Shown: positions 1-9,751 of the stretch, in pieces
Layout of the letters: each line of letters opens with the position of its first letter
Numbering within the stretch: the first letter of the stretch is position 1
Source of the DNA: Myxococcota bacterium
GTDB taxonomy: Bacteria > Myxococcota_A > Polyangia > Nannocystales > Nannocystaceae
DNA length: 64,000 bases
Direction of reading: 5' to 3'
Assembly: GCA_039028615.1 (NCBI GenBank)
Contig: JBCCHT010000004.1
Coordinates: 160,001-224,000 of the forward strand
Notes under the pieces: generated by a model
The model's input: only the letters and a program-made list of their open reading frames with translations
Databases searched by the model: none
What the model was told of the DNA's origin: nothing
Translations under genes and position numbers: made by a program

Positions 1-2
1 AG

Positions 3-164
3 GGGGTGGTGCACGAGATCGTCACCGACCTCGGCTACTTCAAGGTCGGCGAAGACGGCATCACGCTGGTGGAGATTGCCCCCGACGTGACCGTCGACGA
101 GATTCGCGGCAAGACCGGCTGCCCCATCAACGTCGCCAAAGACCTGCCGACCATCGCGGTCTGA
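3..164 (+). CDS. 3' end of CoA-transferase subunit B (3-oxoacid CoA-transferase, ScoB/AtoA-like), truncated by window start
   Basis: Manual translation GVVHEIVTDLGYFKVGEDGITLVEIAPDVTVDEIRGKTG...* matches the 'IITDL..F......L.EIAPGV.VEEI...TG' C-terminus of family I CoA-transferase beta subunits. Confidence 0.8.
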   Translation, partial: GVVHEIVTDLGYFKVGEDGITLVEIAPDVTVDEIRGKTGCPINVAKDLPTIAV

Positions 165-184
165 GCGCGGCGCGAGACCCTGGC

Positions 185-1693
185 ATGAGCAAGTCCGAGA
201 GCAAGACGGCGGGTCCATCCGAGCTGGTCGCCGTCGATCTCGGCTCCAACAGCTTCCACATGATCATCGCCCAGCTCCAGGGCGGTCATGTGCACATCAT
301 CGATCGCATGCGCGAGCGAGTGAAGCTGGCGGCGGGGCTCGACGACGACAAGCGAATCACGCAGGAGTCCCAGGCGCGCGCCATCGCGTGCCTCGAGCGC
401 TTCGGCCAGCGGCTACGAACCCTGCCCAACGCGCGGGTCCGGGCGGTCGGCACCAACACCCTGCGGCGGGCTCGGAACGCTCGCGACTTCAACGAGCGCG
501 CCCAGGCGGCGCTGGGCCACCCCATCGAGGTCATCTCCGGTCGCGAGGAAGCGCGGCTGGTCTACCTGGGGGTGGCGCACGACCTCAGCGACGACGCGGG
601 ACGACGCCTGGTCGTCGACATCGGCGGAGGCAGCACCGAGCTCATCCTCGGCGAGCGCTTCGAGGCGCGACGCACCGAGAGCCTGCACATGGGCTGCGTC
701 AGCTACACCGGGCGCTTTTTCGCCGATGGCCTGCTCAGCCGCGAGAACTTCCGCCGCGCCACCACCGAGGCCCGCGTCGAGCTCGAGCCCATCAAGCGCG
801 ACTTCCGAAACCAGGGCTGGGCCTCCGCCGTCGGCTCTTCGGGCACGCTCAACGCCATTGCCGAGCTCCTGCGGGCCAACAACTGGAGCGATGGCATCAC
901 CTACGACGGCCTGCGACTGCTGCGCTCGCAGATGATCGAGCAGGGCAGCATCGCCAACCTGAGCATCAACAAGCTCTCCGAGGAGCGCGCCTCGGTGTTG
1001 CCCGGCGGTCTGGCCATCGTCATGGGCATCTTCAAGAGCCTGCGCATCGACGACATGGCCGCCTCGGGCGGAGCGCTGCGCGAAGGCCTGCTCTACGACA
1101 CCATCGGGCGCATTCAGCACGAGGACGTGCGCGAGTCGACCATCGCCAGCCTCTCCGATCGCCTGGGCATCGACCGCGAGCAGGCCGCTCGCGTCCGAGC
1201 GACCGCGCAGACCTTCATCGAGCAGGTCACCTACGCCTGGGAGCTGCACCACCCCGATCTGCACAACCTGCTGGGGTGGGCGGCGTCCGTCCACGAGGTG
1301 GGCCTCGCGGTCTGCTTCTCCGGCTACCACACCCACGGCGCGTACCTTCTCACCCACGCCGACCTCCCCGGGTTTTCCCGCGACCGGCAGGCCTACATCG
1401 CTGCCCTGGTCGGCGCCCACCGCCGCCGCCTCAAGCCCGATCGTCTCGAGGCCCTGCGTGCGGCCGGAGGCGAGACGGCCGTGCGCCTGGCCGTCTTGCT
1501 GCGCCTGGCGGCCACGCTCAACCGTGGCCGTGACCCCAGCCCCCTGCCCGACTGCCAGCTCACCGCGGCCGGGCGCGTGCTCGAGCTACGGCTGCCCGAG
1601 GGGTGGCTCGACAAGCACCCGATGACGCGGACCGATCTCGACAAGCAGCGCGACTACCTCGCCGCGGCCGGGCTGCACTTCGCGATCACCTGA
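185..1693 (+). CDS. ppx: Ppx/GppA family exopolyphosphatase
   Basis: VDLGSNSFH, ISGREEARL, DIGGGSTE and GALREG motifs; C-terminal HD-like domain; 502 aa. Confidence 0.95.
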   Translation: MSKSESKTAGPSELVAVDLGSNSFHMIIAQLQGGHVHIIDRMRERVKLAAGLDDDKRITQESQARAIACLERFGQRLRTLPNARVRAVGTNTLRRARNARDFNERAQAALGHPIEVISGREEARLVYLGVAHDLSDDAGRRLVVDIGGGSTELILGERFEARRTESLHMGCVSYTGRFFADGLLSRENFRRATTEARVELEPIKRDFRNQGWASAVGSSGTLNAIAELLRANNWSDGITYDGLRLLRSQMIEQGSIANLSINKLSEERASVLPGGLAIVMGIFKSLRIDDMAASGGALREGLLYDTIGRIQHEDVRESTIASLSDRLGIDREQAARVRATAQTFIEQVTYAWELHHPDLHNLLGWAASVHEVGLAVCFSGYHTHGAYLLTHADLPGFSRDRQAYIAALVGAHRRRLKPDRLEALRAAGGETAVRLAVLLRLAATLNRGRDPSPLPDCQLTAAGRVLELRLPEGWLDKHPMTRTDLDKQRDYLAAAGLHFAIT

Positions 1694-1708
1694 GTCACAA
1701 TCCAGCGG

Positions 1709-2794
1709 ATGCTGGTGCACGGCCTGTTGCTCGCCACCGCGGCGGCGCCTCCGGGGTTGGTGCCAGAGCCTCCGACCGCGGCGGGTCGCCCTGCCCTGCG
1801 CTGGGACGCGCCGCCGCAGTGCCCCGACGAGCGCGCGGTGACCGAGGCAGTGTCGCGCTACGTGGGGCGCCCGCTGGCGAGCGAGACGGTCACCGCGACC
1901 GGACGCGTGGACACGACCGCCGATGGCTATGCGCTGGAGCTGAGGCTGACGGGTTCTGGCGAGCACACGGAGACCCGCGCGGTGCAGGACGCCGACTGTG
2001 CGCTGCTCGCCGATGTGGCCGCCCTGATGGTCGCGATCGCCATCGATCCCAAAGCCACGACGCTCGCGATCGAAATGCCGGATCCGCCGCTGCAATCACC
2101 CGATCCGGCGCCGATCGAGCCTCGCGACGAAGCGCCCGTCGAGCCACAGCCCGAGCCCGAGCCACAGCCCGACCCCGCAGCCGCACCCGAGCCCCCGGCC
2201 GCCGAAGACGAACCTCCGAGGGCCCTCCGCTCCTGTCGACCGGGGCCGTCAGGCCTCCGCCACAGCCCCCGCGACCTGCGGCCGAGCTGCGGTGCGCTGG
2301 GGCTTCGAGTCGCGCTGCAAGCAGGCGCTCTGCCGCAGGTCGGACCCGGCATCGGACTCGATGCGTCACTGCTGTGGCCACGCGTGAGCATCGTGCTCGG
2401 GGCCTCGTTCTTCTTCGACCAACCCGCCCGCCTCGAGCAAGCGACGGCCCTGGGGGGAGACATCCGCTCGGGGTTCGGTCACGTCCGGGCATGCGGTCGC
2501 CTCGGGTGGAACACGCTCGAGTTTCCGTTGTGCGGCGGGGTGGAAGTCGGCGCGCTGCGGGGTGTCGGCGTGGGCATCGACACACCCCGAGACGACCGGT
2601 TGGGCTGGTTCGCCGCCGTCGCTGATGCCGGGCTCGCCTGGTCGCCGACGCGTCGCTTCGCGCTGGGAACGCGCGTCGGCCCCGTGGTCCCGCTGGTCCG
2701 ACCGAGCTTCGAGATTGCGGGTTTGGGCGCGGTGTTCGAGCCCGCTCCGGTCGGTCTGCGAGCCGCGCTCACCGCCGAAGTCCGCTTCCCGTGA
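1709..2794 (+). CDS. Hypothetical exported protein; N-terminal Cys domain, Pro-rich linker, C-terminal putative small outer-membrane beta-barrel
   Basis: WDAPPQCPD...DCALLADVAALMVAIAIDP N-domain; alternating hydrophobic beta-strands; ends ...EVRFP; lies directly upstream of an ECF sigma gene. Confidence 0.6.
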   Translation: MLVHGLLLATAAAPPGLVPEPPTAAGRPALRWDAPPQCPDERAVTEAVSRYVGRPLASETVTATGRVDTTADGYALELRLTGSGEHTETRAVQDADCALLADVAALMVAIAIDPKATTLAIEMPDPPLQSPDPAPIEPRDEAPVEPQPEPEPQPDPAAAPEPPAAEDEPPRALRSCRPGPSGLRHSPRDLRPSCGALGLRVALQAGALPQVGPGIGLDASLLWPRVSIVLGASFFFDQPARLEQATALGGDIRSGFGHVRACGRLGWNTLEFPLCGGVEVGALRGVGVGIDTPRDDRLGWFAAVADAGLAWSPTRRFALGTRVGPVVPLVRPSFEIAGLGAVFEPAPVGLRAALTAEVRFP

Positions 2795-2928
2795 CCCTCT
2801 GAAGCGTCGATAACGGCGTTCATTCGTCGATTCGATTTTTCGACACGGAAACGACCTGCTGCGCACATGAACCAACGCGGGAGGGCTTCGATGGTCTCGT
2901 CCCCGTACGTGCGCAGAGGAACCGGCGG

Positions 2929-3456
2929 TTGGGCAAGCGCGCCAAAATCGAGCAGATCTACCGCGACCACTACGCCTTCGTGTGGCGCATCCTCCGAAGG
3001 CTGGGCGCCCCGGCCGTCGACGATGCCGTGCAAGAGGTGTTCGTGGTGATGCACAGCCGCTGGCAGGAATTCGACTTGTCCAACGGGGCGCGACCGCTGC
3101 TGTACGGCATCGCGAGGAAGGTCGCCGCGCAACAACGTCGGAAGCACGAGCGCCAGCCCCCCGCCCTCGCGCTGGTGCGTGACGCCATGGTCGACCCCGA
3201 AGAAAACTCCGCCCGCGCCGAAGCGGCCCGCGTCATCGAGGCCACCCTCGAGCGCATGGACGAACGCAAGCGCATGGCCTTCGTGTTGGTCGACATCGAG
3301 GGCATGAGCGTCCCGGAGGTCGCCCGCTGCCAGCGGATCAACCTCAACACCGCCTACGCCCGGCTCCGGGCCGCGCGGCAATCCATCCAGCAATCGGTCC
3401 GGCGACATCGCGCCAGGGAGGAGAGCGACCATGTCCGAGCCCGAGCCCCGCGATGA
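2929..3456 (+). CDS. ECF RNA polymerase sigma factor
   Basis: Region 2 VWRILRRLG...DDAVQEVF...LYGIARK; region 4 FVLVDIEGMSVPEVA...NTAYARLRAAR; TTG start. Confidence 0.9.
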   Translation: MGKRAKIEQIYRDHYAFVWRILRRLGAPAVDDAVQEVFVVMHSRWQEFDLSNGARPLLYGIARKVAAQQRRKHERQPPALALVRDAMVDPEENSARAEAARVIEATLERMDERKRMAFVLVDIEGMSVPEVARCQRINLNTAYARLRAARQSIQQSVRRHRAREESDHVRARAPR

Positions 3457-4216
3457 GCTGCCGCCCCTGCCCGACGACGTGCAGGCCTATGTCGACGCGT
3501 TCGCGGCTCGGCAGCAGCCTCCGCCGCGGCAGCAAGAATCGACGTGGGCGGCCATCGAGGAGGAGATCGGGCCCCCGCCGCGGCGCGTCGGCATGCTGGA
3601 GCTGGCCATCGTGGTCGCGATCGCGGCGGCGTTGGTGCTCGTGTTCAGCCTCCGCGGCGACGACCTGCAGCGAGACGTGGACCATCCGCGTAACCAGGCG
3701 TCGTGGGCCAGCGAGGCGCGTGAGTCCGCGGGGACGGCCCAGCCCAAGCGGGCGACCGATCGCTCCCCGGAGCGTGGCCCGGCTCGACGCGAGCCTCCGC
3801 CCCCCGCTCCCCCGACTCCGGTCCCGCAGACGCCGAGCGAAGCACCGACGGCCGTGCCTCCGTCCACGCCGAGCCCGAGCCCGAGCCGCCCGCCGCATCG
3901 CACCCGACGCCCCCCGTCGTCGCCGAAACCGTCGGCCGCTCCAGAGCCCGCAGAGCCCTCCCTCGCCGAAGAGCTGGCGCTGTTCCGCCGCGCCACGCTG
4001 ATGGTCGAGCGGGACCCGGCCCGGGCCCTCGAGCTGCTCGAGCGCCACCGTCAGCGCTTCCCGCAGGGGACCTTGCGCACCGAAGGTCAGGTGCTGCGCG
4101 CCCGGGCCTTGTGCGCCCTGGGGCGAACCGAAGAGGCCACCCGACTACGCGACGGGTTCATCGCCCAGCATCCGGGTTCGGCCTTGGCTACGCGCATGCG
4201 ATCGGTCTGCCGCTGA
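3431..4216 (+). CDS. Putative anti-sigma factor (single TM, Pro-rich linker, C-terminal TPR-like domain)
   Basis: Overlaps the sigma gene; TM LAIVVAIAAALVLVF; C-terminal LAEELALFRRA...RFPQGTL..E...LRARALCALGR...HPGSAL. Confidence 0.7.
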   Translation: MSEPEPRDELPPLPDDVQAYVDAFAARQQPPPRQQESTWAAIEEEIGPPPRRVGMLELAIVVAIAAALVLVFSLRGDDLQRDVDHPRNQASWASEARESAGTAQPKRATDRSPERGPARREPPPPAPPTPVPQTPSEAPTAVPPSTPSPSPSRPPHRTRRPPSSPKPSAAPEPAEPSLAEELALFRRATLMVERDPARALELLERHRQRFPQGTLRTEGQVLRARALCALGRTEEATRLRDGFIAQHPGSALATRMRSVCR

Positions 4217-4276
4217 CAAAAGCATCACGGATCGGCGCCGCCTCGCGCATGAGGTGATTCGAGGATTCAGCACCGC

Positions 4277-5350
4277 ATGTTCAAGCTCCACCCCGTTCAG
4301 TCCATCGGCGTACTCACGACCCTTGCCGCGCTGCCGCTTCTGGTCGCCTGCCCGGGGAGCGTCGGTGACCTCGGCGAGCACGCCGGATCGAGCTCCAGCG
4401 CAGGCTCCACGTCCAACGACGACGGACCGGGCGACACGGCCGTCGCCACCGACGATGGCGCGAGCGCAGCGACGACCACGGGGAACGACGGCACCGACGA
4501 TGCGGCAGAGGGAGCCGACAGCGGGACGGCGGGAGCGATCTTCGATGTCGGCACCGCGCCCGATCCCGAAGCGGGATGCCGCGGGATCGATTTCCTCTTC
4601 GTGGTCGACAACTCGTTCAGCATGAACGAGCACCAGGAGCAGATCGCCGCCGCCGTGCCCGGCTTCATCGACGCCATCGAGGGCTCGCTGAAGAACGAGG
4701 ACGCCGAGTCCTTTCACGTCGGCGTGATCACCAGCGACGCGTATCTACACAACGACCCCACCTGCAACACCATCGGCGACCTCGTCACGCAGACCGAAGA
4801 CCACGGGGTCTGTGGGCCCTTCGCGGAGGGCTACCGCTTCGCCACCGAGCAAGACGACCTCGACGCCGTGTTTCCGTGCATGGCCCGGGTGGGCGTGGGG
4901 CCGACCACGGAGCAGCCGGTCACCGCGCTCATCGAGGCGCTCGACGAGGACCGCAACGGCCCCGGAGGCTGCAACGAGGACTTCCTCCGCGACGACGCGA
5001 TCCTGGTGGTGGTGATCCTCTCGGACGACACGGGCTTCGGAAAGCACACCTTCCCGCCCGACGCGGCGCTCGACGACATCTCGCACTGGAGGCCCTCGGT
5101 GCTGGCGGCCAAGCAGGGCAACCCCGACGCGGTGGTGGTGATGGGCTTCGTCAACGTCGACCTCGGGGTGGCCCCCTGCATCGAGTTCGGCGGTGAGTTC
5201 ACCGAGTCGCAGAACTTCATCGACTTCATCGAGAGCTTCGGCGAGCAGGGCATTCTGTCCAGCGTGTGCCACGACTACGCGCAGGTCTTCGCCGACGCGG
5301 TCGAGTCCATCGACCTGACCTGCCAAGGCTTCACGCCCCCCGCCGGCTGA
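4277..5350 (+). CDS. Lipoprotein with VWA-like domain
   Basis: Lipobox LVAC; Ser/Thr/Gly/Asp linker; DFLFVVDNSFSM (DxSxS MIDAS-like); FLRDDAILVVVILSD. Confidence 0.75.
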   Translation: MFKLHPVQSIGVLTTLAALPLLVACPGSVGDLGEHAGSSSSAGSTSNDDGPGDTAVATDDGASAATTTGNDGTDDAAEGADSGTAGAIFDVGTAPDPEAGCRGIDFLFVVDNSFSMNEHQEQIAAAVPGFIDAIEGSLKNEDAESFHVGVITSDAYLHNDPTCNTIGDLVTQTEDHGVCGPFAEGYRFATEQDDLDAVFPCMARVGVGPTTEQPVTALIEALDEDRNGPGGCNEDFLRDDAILVVVILSDDTGFGKHTFPPDAALDDISHWRPSVLAAKQGNPDAVVVMGFVNVDLGVAPCIEFGGEFTESQNFIDFIESFGEQGILSSVCHDYAQVFADAVESIDLTCQGFTPPAG

Positions 5351-5363
5351 GGCCTGTGAACCC

Positions 5364-5389
5364 GGCCCCACGACGACCGTCGCGGGGCC
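5364..5389. terminator. GC-rich stem-loop between the lipoprotein and archease genes
   Basis: GGCCCC-A-CGAC / GACC / GTCG-C-GGGGCC; no U-tract. Confidence 0.35.
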
Positions 5390-5426
5390 ACCCGATGTCC
5401 GGCCCGCGCGGTGATACGCTCGGGCC

Positions 5427-5846
5427 GTGACCGATTCCGGGCACCGTACCGTCGAGCACACCGCCGACCTCGCGCTCGAGTTCTGGGCCCCCGACGAGGC
5501 CCGCCTGCTCGTGCAGGGTGCCCGCGCCGTCATCGAGCTGCTCACCGAGGGCACCCCGCTGCCCACGACCGAGCCGAGCGCGCGGCCCCTGCAGCTCGAT
5601 GCGCTCGACCCCGAGGATCGCCTCGTGCGCTGGCTCAGCGAAGTGCTCTACCTCGCCTCGGTCGAGGGTTTTTTGTGCACGGACGCCACGCTCGAGCTCC
5701 CGGACGGCGCGCTGCGGGGCACGGTGTACGGGCACGCCGACGCCAGCGAGCACCTGCGTACCGAGATCAAGGCGGTCACCTATCACGATCTGAAGCTCCA
5801 ACGATCCCCCGGCGAGGCCCGAGCCCGGGTGATCTTCGACGTGTGA
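5427..5846 (+). CDS. Archease (RtcB cofactor)
   Basis: EHTAD N-terminal and EIKAVTYH...IFDV C-terminal signature motifs. Confidence 0.95.
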   Translation: MTDSGHRTVEHTADLALEFWAPDEARLLVQGARAVIELLTEGTPLPTTEPSARPLQLDALDPEDRLVRWLSEVLYLASVEGFLCTDATLELPDGALRGTVYGHADASEHLRTEIKAVTYHDLKLQRSPGEARARVIFDV

Positions 5847-5850
5847 CGCC

Positions 5851-7290
5851 ATGACCATCCGCTTCGAACGCATCGACGATTGCCGCTGGGAGATCCCCCG
5901 CGAGGGCGGCATGCGAGTCCCCGGCCGGGTCTATGCCTCGGCCGCCATGATCGACGACATCCGGCGCGACAAGAGCCCCGAGCAGGTCGCCAACGTGGCC
6001 CACCTGCCCGGCATCGTGGGCCACAGCCTCGCCATGCCCGACATGCACTGGGGCTACGGCTTTCCCATCGGGGGCGTGGCGGCGTTCGACGAAGACGAGG
6101 GCGTCCTGTCGCCGGGCGGCGTCGGCTACGACATCAACTGTGGGGTCCGGCTGCTGCGCAGCAACCTGAAGATCGACGACGTGCGGACCGAACTCGAGCG
6201 CCTGTCGGTGGCGCTGTACCACGCCGTCCCCTGCGGGCTCGGTCGCGGCAGTCGCCTGAAGCTGTCCGAACGCGAGCTCGACCACGTGATGGAGCAGGGC
6301 GCCGCCTGGGCCGTACAGCAGGGCCACGGGCGCCCCGAAGACCTGAAGACCATCGAGGAAGGCGGCTGTTTTCCGGGCGCCGACCCGGATCGCGTCTCCG
6401 AGCGGGCGCGGACCCGGGGTCGACCGCAGCTGGGCTCGCTGGGCTCGGGCAACCACTTCTGCGAGCTGGGCTACGTGGCCGAGGTCTTCGACGACGACAC
6501 CGCCGCGGCCTATGGCCTGCACGAAGGCGAGCTCACCCTGATGCTGCACTCGGGCTCGCGCGGCCTCGGGCACCAGATCTGCGACGACTCGCTCAAGCGG
6601 ATGCTCAAGGCCTCGGCCCAGTACGGCATCGAGCTGCCCGACCGCCAGCTGTGTGCCGCCCCCCTGCGCAGCCCCGAGGCTCAGGATTACTTCGCGGCCA
6701 TGGCGTGCGCGGTCAACTTCGCCTTCGCCAACCGCCAGGTCATGACCAGCTTCGCCCGCGAGGCCCTGAGCGAGGCCCTGCGCATGGGCGACGACGAGCT
6801 CGGCCTCGAGGTGGTCTACGACGTGTGCCACAACATCGCCAAGTGGGAAGAGCACGAGGTCGACGGTGAGATGCGGCGGCTGTGTGTGCATCGCAAGGGC
6901 GCCACGCGAGCCTTCGGCCCGGGACATCGGCAGGTGCCCAAGGCCTATCGCGCCGTGGGGCAGCCGGTCTTGGTGCCGGGCGACATGGGTCGCTACAGCT
7001 ACGTGCTCGCCGGCACCGAGCGTGCGATGAAGGAGACCTTCGGCAGCAGCTGCCACGGCGCGGGTCGTCGACTGTCTCGCGCCAAGGCCAAGCGCCAGGC
7101 CAAGGGGCGCCCGCTCTTCGAAGAGCTGCGTCAGCAGGGCGTGTTCGTGCAGGCCGACTCCAAGCGCACCGTGGCCGAAGAGCTGCCCGAGGCCTACAAG
7201 GACGTCGCCAACGTGGTCGACGTGATGCACGACGCGGGCATCGCCCGCAAGGTCGCCAAGCTCGTGCCCGTGGCCGTCATCAAGGGCTGA
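5851..7290 (+). CDS. rtcB: RtcB RNA ligase (long, archease-associated type)
   Basis: MPDMHWGYGFPIGG, GYDINCG, GSLGSGNHF, HSGSRG, HNIAK, HRKGAT, CHGAGR, EELPEAYK motifs. Confidence 0.97.
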   Translation: MTIRFERIDDCRWEIPREGGMRVPGRVYASAAMIDDIRRDKSPEQVANVAHLPGIVGHSLAMPDMHWGYGFPIGGVAAFDEDEGVLSPGGVGYDINCGVRLLRSNLKIDDVRTELERLSVALYHAVPCGLGRGSRLKLSERELDHVMEQGAAWAVQQGHGRPEDLKTIEEGGCFPGADPDRVSERARTRGRPQLGSLGSGNHFCELGYVAEVFDDDTAAAYGLHEGELTLMLHSGSRGLGHQICDDSLKRMLKASAQYGIELPDRQLCAAPLRSPEAQDYFAAMACAVNFAFANRQVMTSFAREALSEALRMGDDELGLEVVYDVCHNIAKWEEHEVDGEMRRLCVHRKGATRAFGPGHRQVPKAYRAVGQPVLVPGDMGRYSYVLAGTERAMKETFGSSCHGAGRRLSRAKAKRQAKGRPLFEELRQQGVFVQADSKRTVAEELPEAYKDVANVVDVMHDAGIARKVAKLVPVAVIKG

Positions 7291-7296
7291 GCCGTC

Positions 7297-8064
7297 ATGG
7301 ACGCGCCCTCCCCCATGATCGAGCTGTGCGAGGTCCGCAAGGTCTTCGCCGACGCTCGGGGCGAGCCGGTGGTGGCAGTGGACGAAATCTCGCTCGAGGT
7401 GGCTCGCGGCGAGTCGCTGTGTCTCATCGGCACCAGCGGCTGCGGCAAGACCACCACCATGAAGATGATCAACCGGCTGGTCGAGCCCACGTCCGGCTCG
7501 GTGCGCGTGGACGGCCGAGAGGTTCGCGACCGCGACCCCATCGAGCTGCGGCGCAGCATCGGCTACGTCATCCAGCGCGGCGGGCTCTTTCCCCACATGA
7601 CGGTGGCGGACAACATCGGGCTCCAGTGCCGCCTCGAGGGATGGGAGCCCGCGCGGCAGGAGCAGCGGGTGGCCGAGCTGCTGCGCCTGGTCAACCTGCC
7701 CGAGACTGTCGCCCCTCGGTACCCGCGCGAGCTGTCCGGCGGCCAGCGCCAGCGGGTCGGCGTGGCCCGGTCCCTCGCTCTCGACCCGCCGATCATCATC
7801 ATGGACGAACCCTTCGGGGCCCTCGATCCGATCACGCGCCGTCAGCTGCACGCGGAGTTCGGCGAGCTGCGCGAGCGCATGGGCACCACCATCGTGCTCG
7901 TGACCCACGATCTGCACGAGGCGTTCACCCTCGGCGATCGGGTCGCGCTGATGGACCGGGGTCGGGTCGTGCAGCTCGGCACCCCGTCGCAGCTCCGCGA
8001 CGAGCCGGCCAACGACTTCGTCGAGCGCTTCGTCCGGGCGCACCTGGGAGGCGACCATGCGTAG
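7297..8064 (+). CDS. Osmoprotectant (glycine betaine/choline) ABC transporter ATP-binding subunit
   Basis: GTSGCGKTTTMKMINRL, LRRSIGYVIQ, LSGGQRQR, MDEPFGALDPITR (OpuCA/OsmV-like). Confidence 0.92.
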   Translation: MDAPSPMIELCEVRKVFADARGEPVVAVDEISLEVARGESLCLIGTSGCGKTTTMKMINRLVEPTSGSVRVDGREVRDRDPIELRRSIGYVIQRGGLFPHMTVADNIGLQCRLEGWEPARQEQRVAELLRLVNLPETVAPRYPRELSGGQRQRVGVARSLALDPPIIIMDEPFGALDPITRRQLHAEFGELRERMGTTIVLVTHDLHEAFTLGDRVALMDRGRVVQLGTPSQLRDEPANDFVERFVRAHLGGDHA

Positions 8065-9670
8065 ACGCGGCCGTGGTCTTCGCCTGTGGGCTCTGCTGGC
8101 GGTGTTGCTCGCGTTGGTGCTCCACGGGCGCTCCGGCACCGCCGAGGCCACCCCCGCCGCATCCTCACCGCGCGTCCAGATCGCGGCCAAGAACTTCACC
8201 GAGGGTCGCTTGCTGGCCGAGATCATGGCCCAGCTCATCGAGCAACACACCGAGCTCGAGGTCGACCGACGCTACAACCTGGGGGGCACCACCGTCCTGT
8301 TCTCCGCGCTGAAGAGCGGGGAGATCGACCTCTACGTCGAGTACACGGGCACGGCGTGGACGGTGATGCTCGAAGACCCCGAGAAGATCACGAGCCCGCT
8401 GCGCGCCTTCCTCACGGTGCGGCACGAGTTCGAGACTCGCTGGGACCTGCACTGGCTCGACCCCTTCGGCTTCAGCAACAGCTACGCGCTGGGCATGGCC
8501 GAATCTCGAGCAGAAGAACTCGGCATCGAGCGCATCTCCGACCTGCGCCCGCACCTGTCCACCCTACGTCTGGGCTTCAGCTACGAGTTCCTCGAGCGCG
8601 AAGACGGCTTCCCCGGCCTCGCCAAGGCCTATGACTTTCCCGCCCATACCCCACGGGGCATGGAGCACGGCCTCGCCTACCAGGCGTTGGCACAGGGCGA
8701 GATCGACGTCGTCGACACCTACACCACCGATGGCAAGCTGCGCGCCTACTCGGTGCGGGTGCTCGAAGACGACGCGCGCTTCTTTCCGCCCTACGATGCC
8801 GCACCGCTCGTTCGCGGCGAGCTGCTCCGCTCGCACCCCGAGCTGGGCCCGCTGCTACATCGGCTCGCCTTCACGCTCGATGCCCGGCGCATGAGCGACC
8901 TCAACCACGCGGTCGAGGACGAAGGGCTCGACTTCGACGTGGTCGCCGCTCGCTTCCTGAAGGAAGAGGGCCTCCTCGTCGGCGATCCCGAGGCCACCGC
9001 GGCCGAGCCGGCCGCCGACGGCCTGCTGGCGCTGATGTGGGACCGCCGCGGCGAGATCACCCGACTCGCGGGCGAGCACCTGGGGCTCACCGGACTCGCC
9101 GTGTTGCTGGCCATCCTGTTCGCGGTGCCGACCGGCCTGTGGCTCACCCGCCACGAGCGCTGGGCCGGCCTGGTGATCGGCACCACGGGCGTCATCCAGA
9201 CGATCCCGAGCCTCGCGCTGCTGGCCTTCATGATCCCCATCCCTGGCCTGGGCCTGGGCACCAACTCCGCCGTGGTCGCGCTGTTCCTCTACGCGCTGCT
9301 GCCCATCGTCCGCAACACCTACGCCGGGATCCGCGAGGTCGATCCCGACCTCATCGAGGCCGCCCGCGGCATGGGCCTGCGCGACCTCCAGCTCCTGCGC
9401 CTGGTCGAGCTGCCCCTGGCCACGCGCACGATCATGGCGGGCATTCGGACCTCCACCGTGATCAGCATCGGCGTCGCCACGCTGGCCGCGTTCGTAGGGG
9501 CCGGTGGCCTGGGTCACCTCATCATCACCGGTCTCCAGCTCAACGACACCCGGCTGATCCTCTCGGGTGCGCTTCCGGCCGCGCTGCTGGCTTTGCTCTT
9601 CGACATGCTCCTGGGACGGCTGGAGCACCGACTCGCGCCCGCCGGCCTGGAACAAGGCAGCGACGGCTGA
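8057..9670 (+). CDS. Osmoprotectant ABC transporter, fused substrate-binding domain plus permease
   Basis: KNFTE, YVEYTGT, FFPPYDA binding domain followed by QTIPSLALL and EAARGMG permease motifs. Confidence 0.92.
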   Translation: MRRRGRGLRLWALLAVLLALVLHGRSGTAEATPAASSPRVQIAAKNFTEGRLLAEIMAQLIEQHTELEVDRRYNLGGTTVLFSALKSGEIDLYVEYTGTAWTVMLEDPEKITSPLRAFLTVRHEFETRWDLHWLDPFGFSNSYALGMAESRAEELGIERISDLRPHLSTLRLGFSYEFLEREDGFPGLAKAYDFPAHTPRGMEHGLAYQALAQGEIDVVDTYTTDGKLRAYSVRVLEDDARFFPPYDAAPLVRGELLRSHPELGPLLHRLAFTLDARRMSDLNHAVEDEGLDFDVVAARFLKEEGLLVGDPEATAAEPAADGLLALMWDRRGEITRLAGEHLGLTGLAVLLAILFAVPTGLWLTRHERWAGLVIGTTGVIQTIPSLALLAFMIPIPGLGLGTNSAVVALFLYALLPIVRNTYAGIREVDPDLIEAARGMGLRDLQLLRLVELPLATRTIMAGIRTSTVISIGVATLAAFVGAGGLGHLIITGLQLNDTRLILSGALPAALLALLFDMLLGRLEHRLAPAGLEQGSDG

Positions 9671-9751
9671 AGGCGGCCAACCGGGGCGCTCCCGGGTGAT
9701 TGTCGCGGGTTGGCCCCCTGCCACCGCAGCGACTGTTACCCTCGGAGCGAC

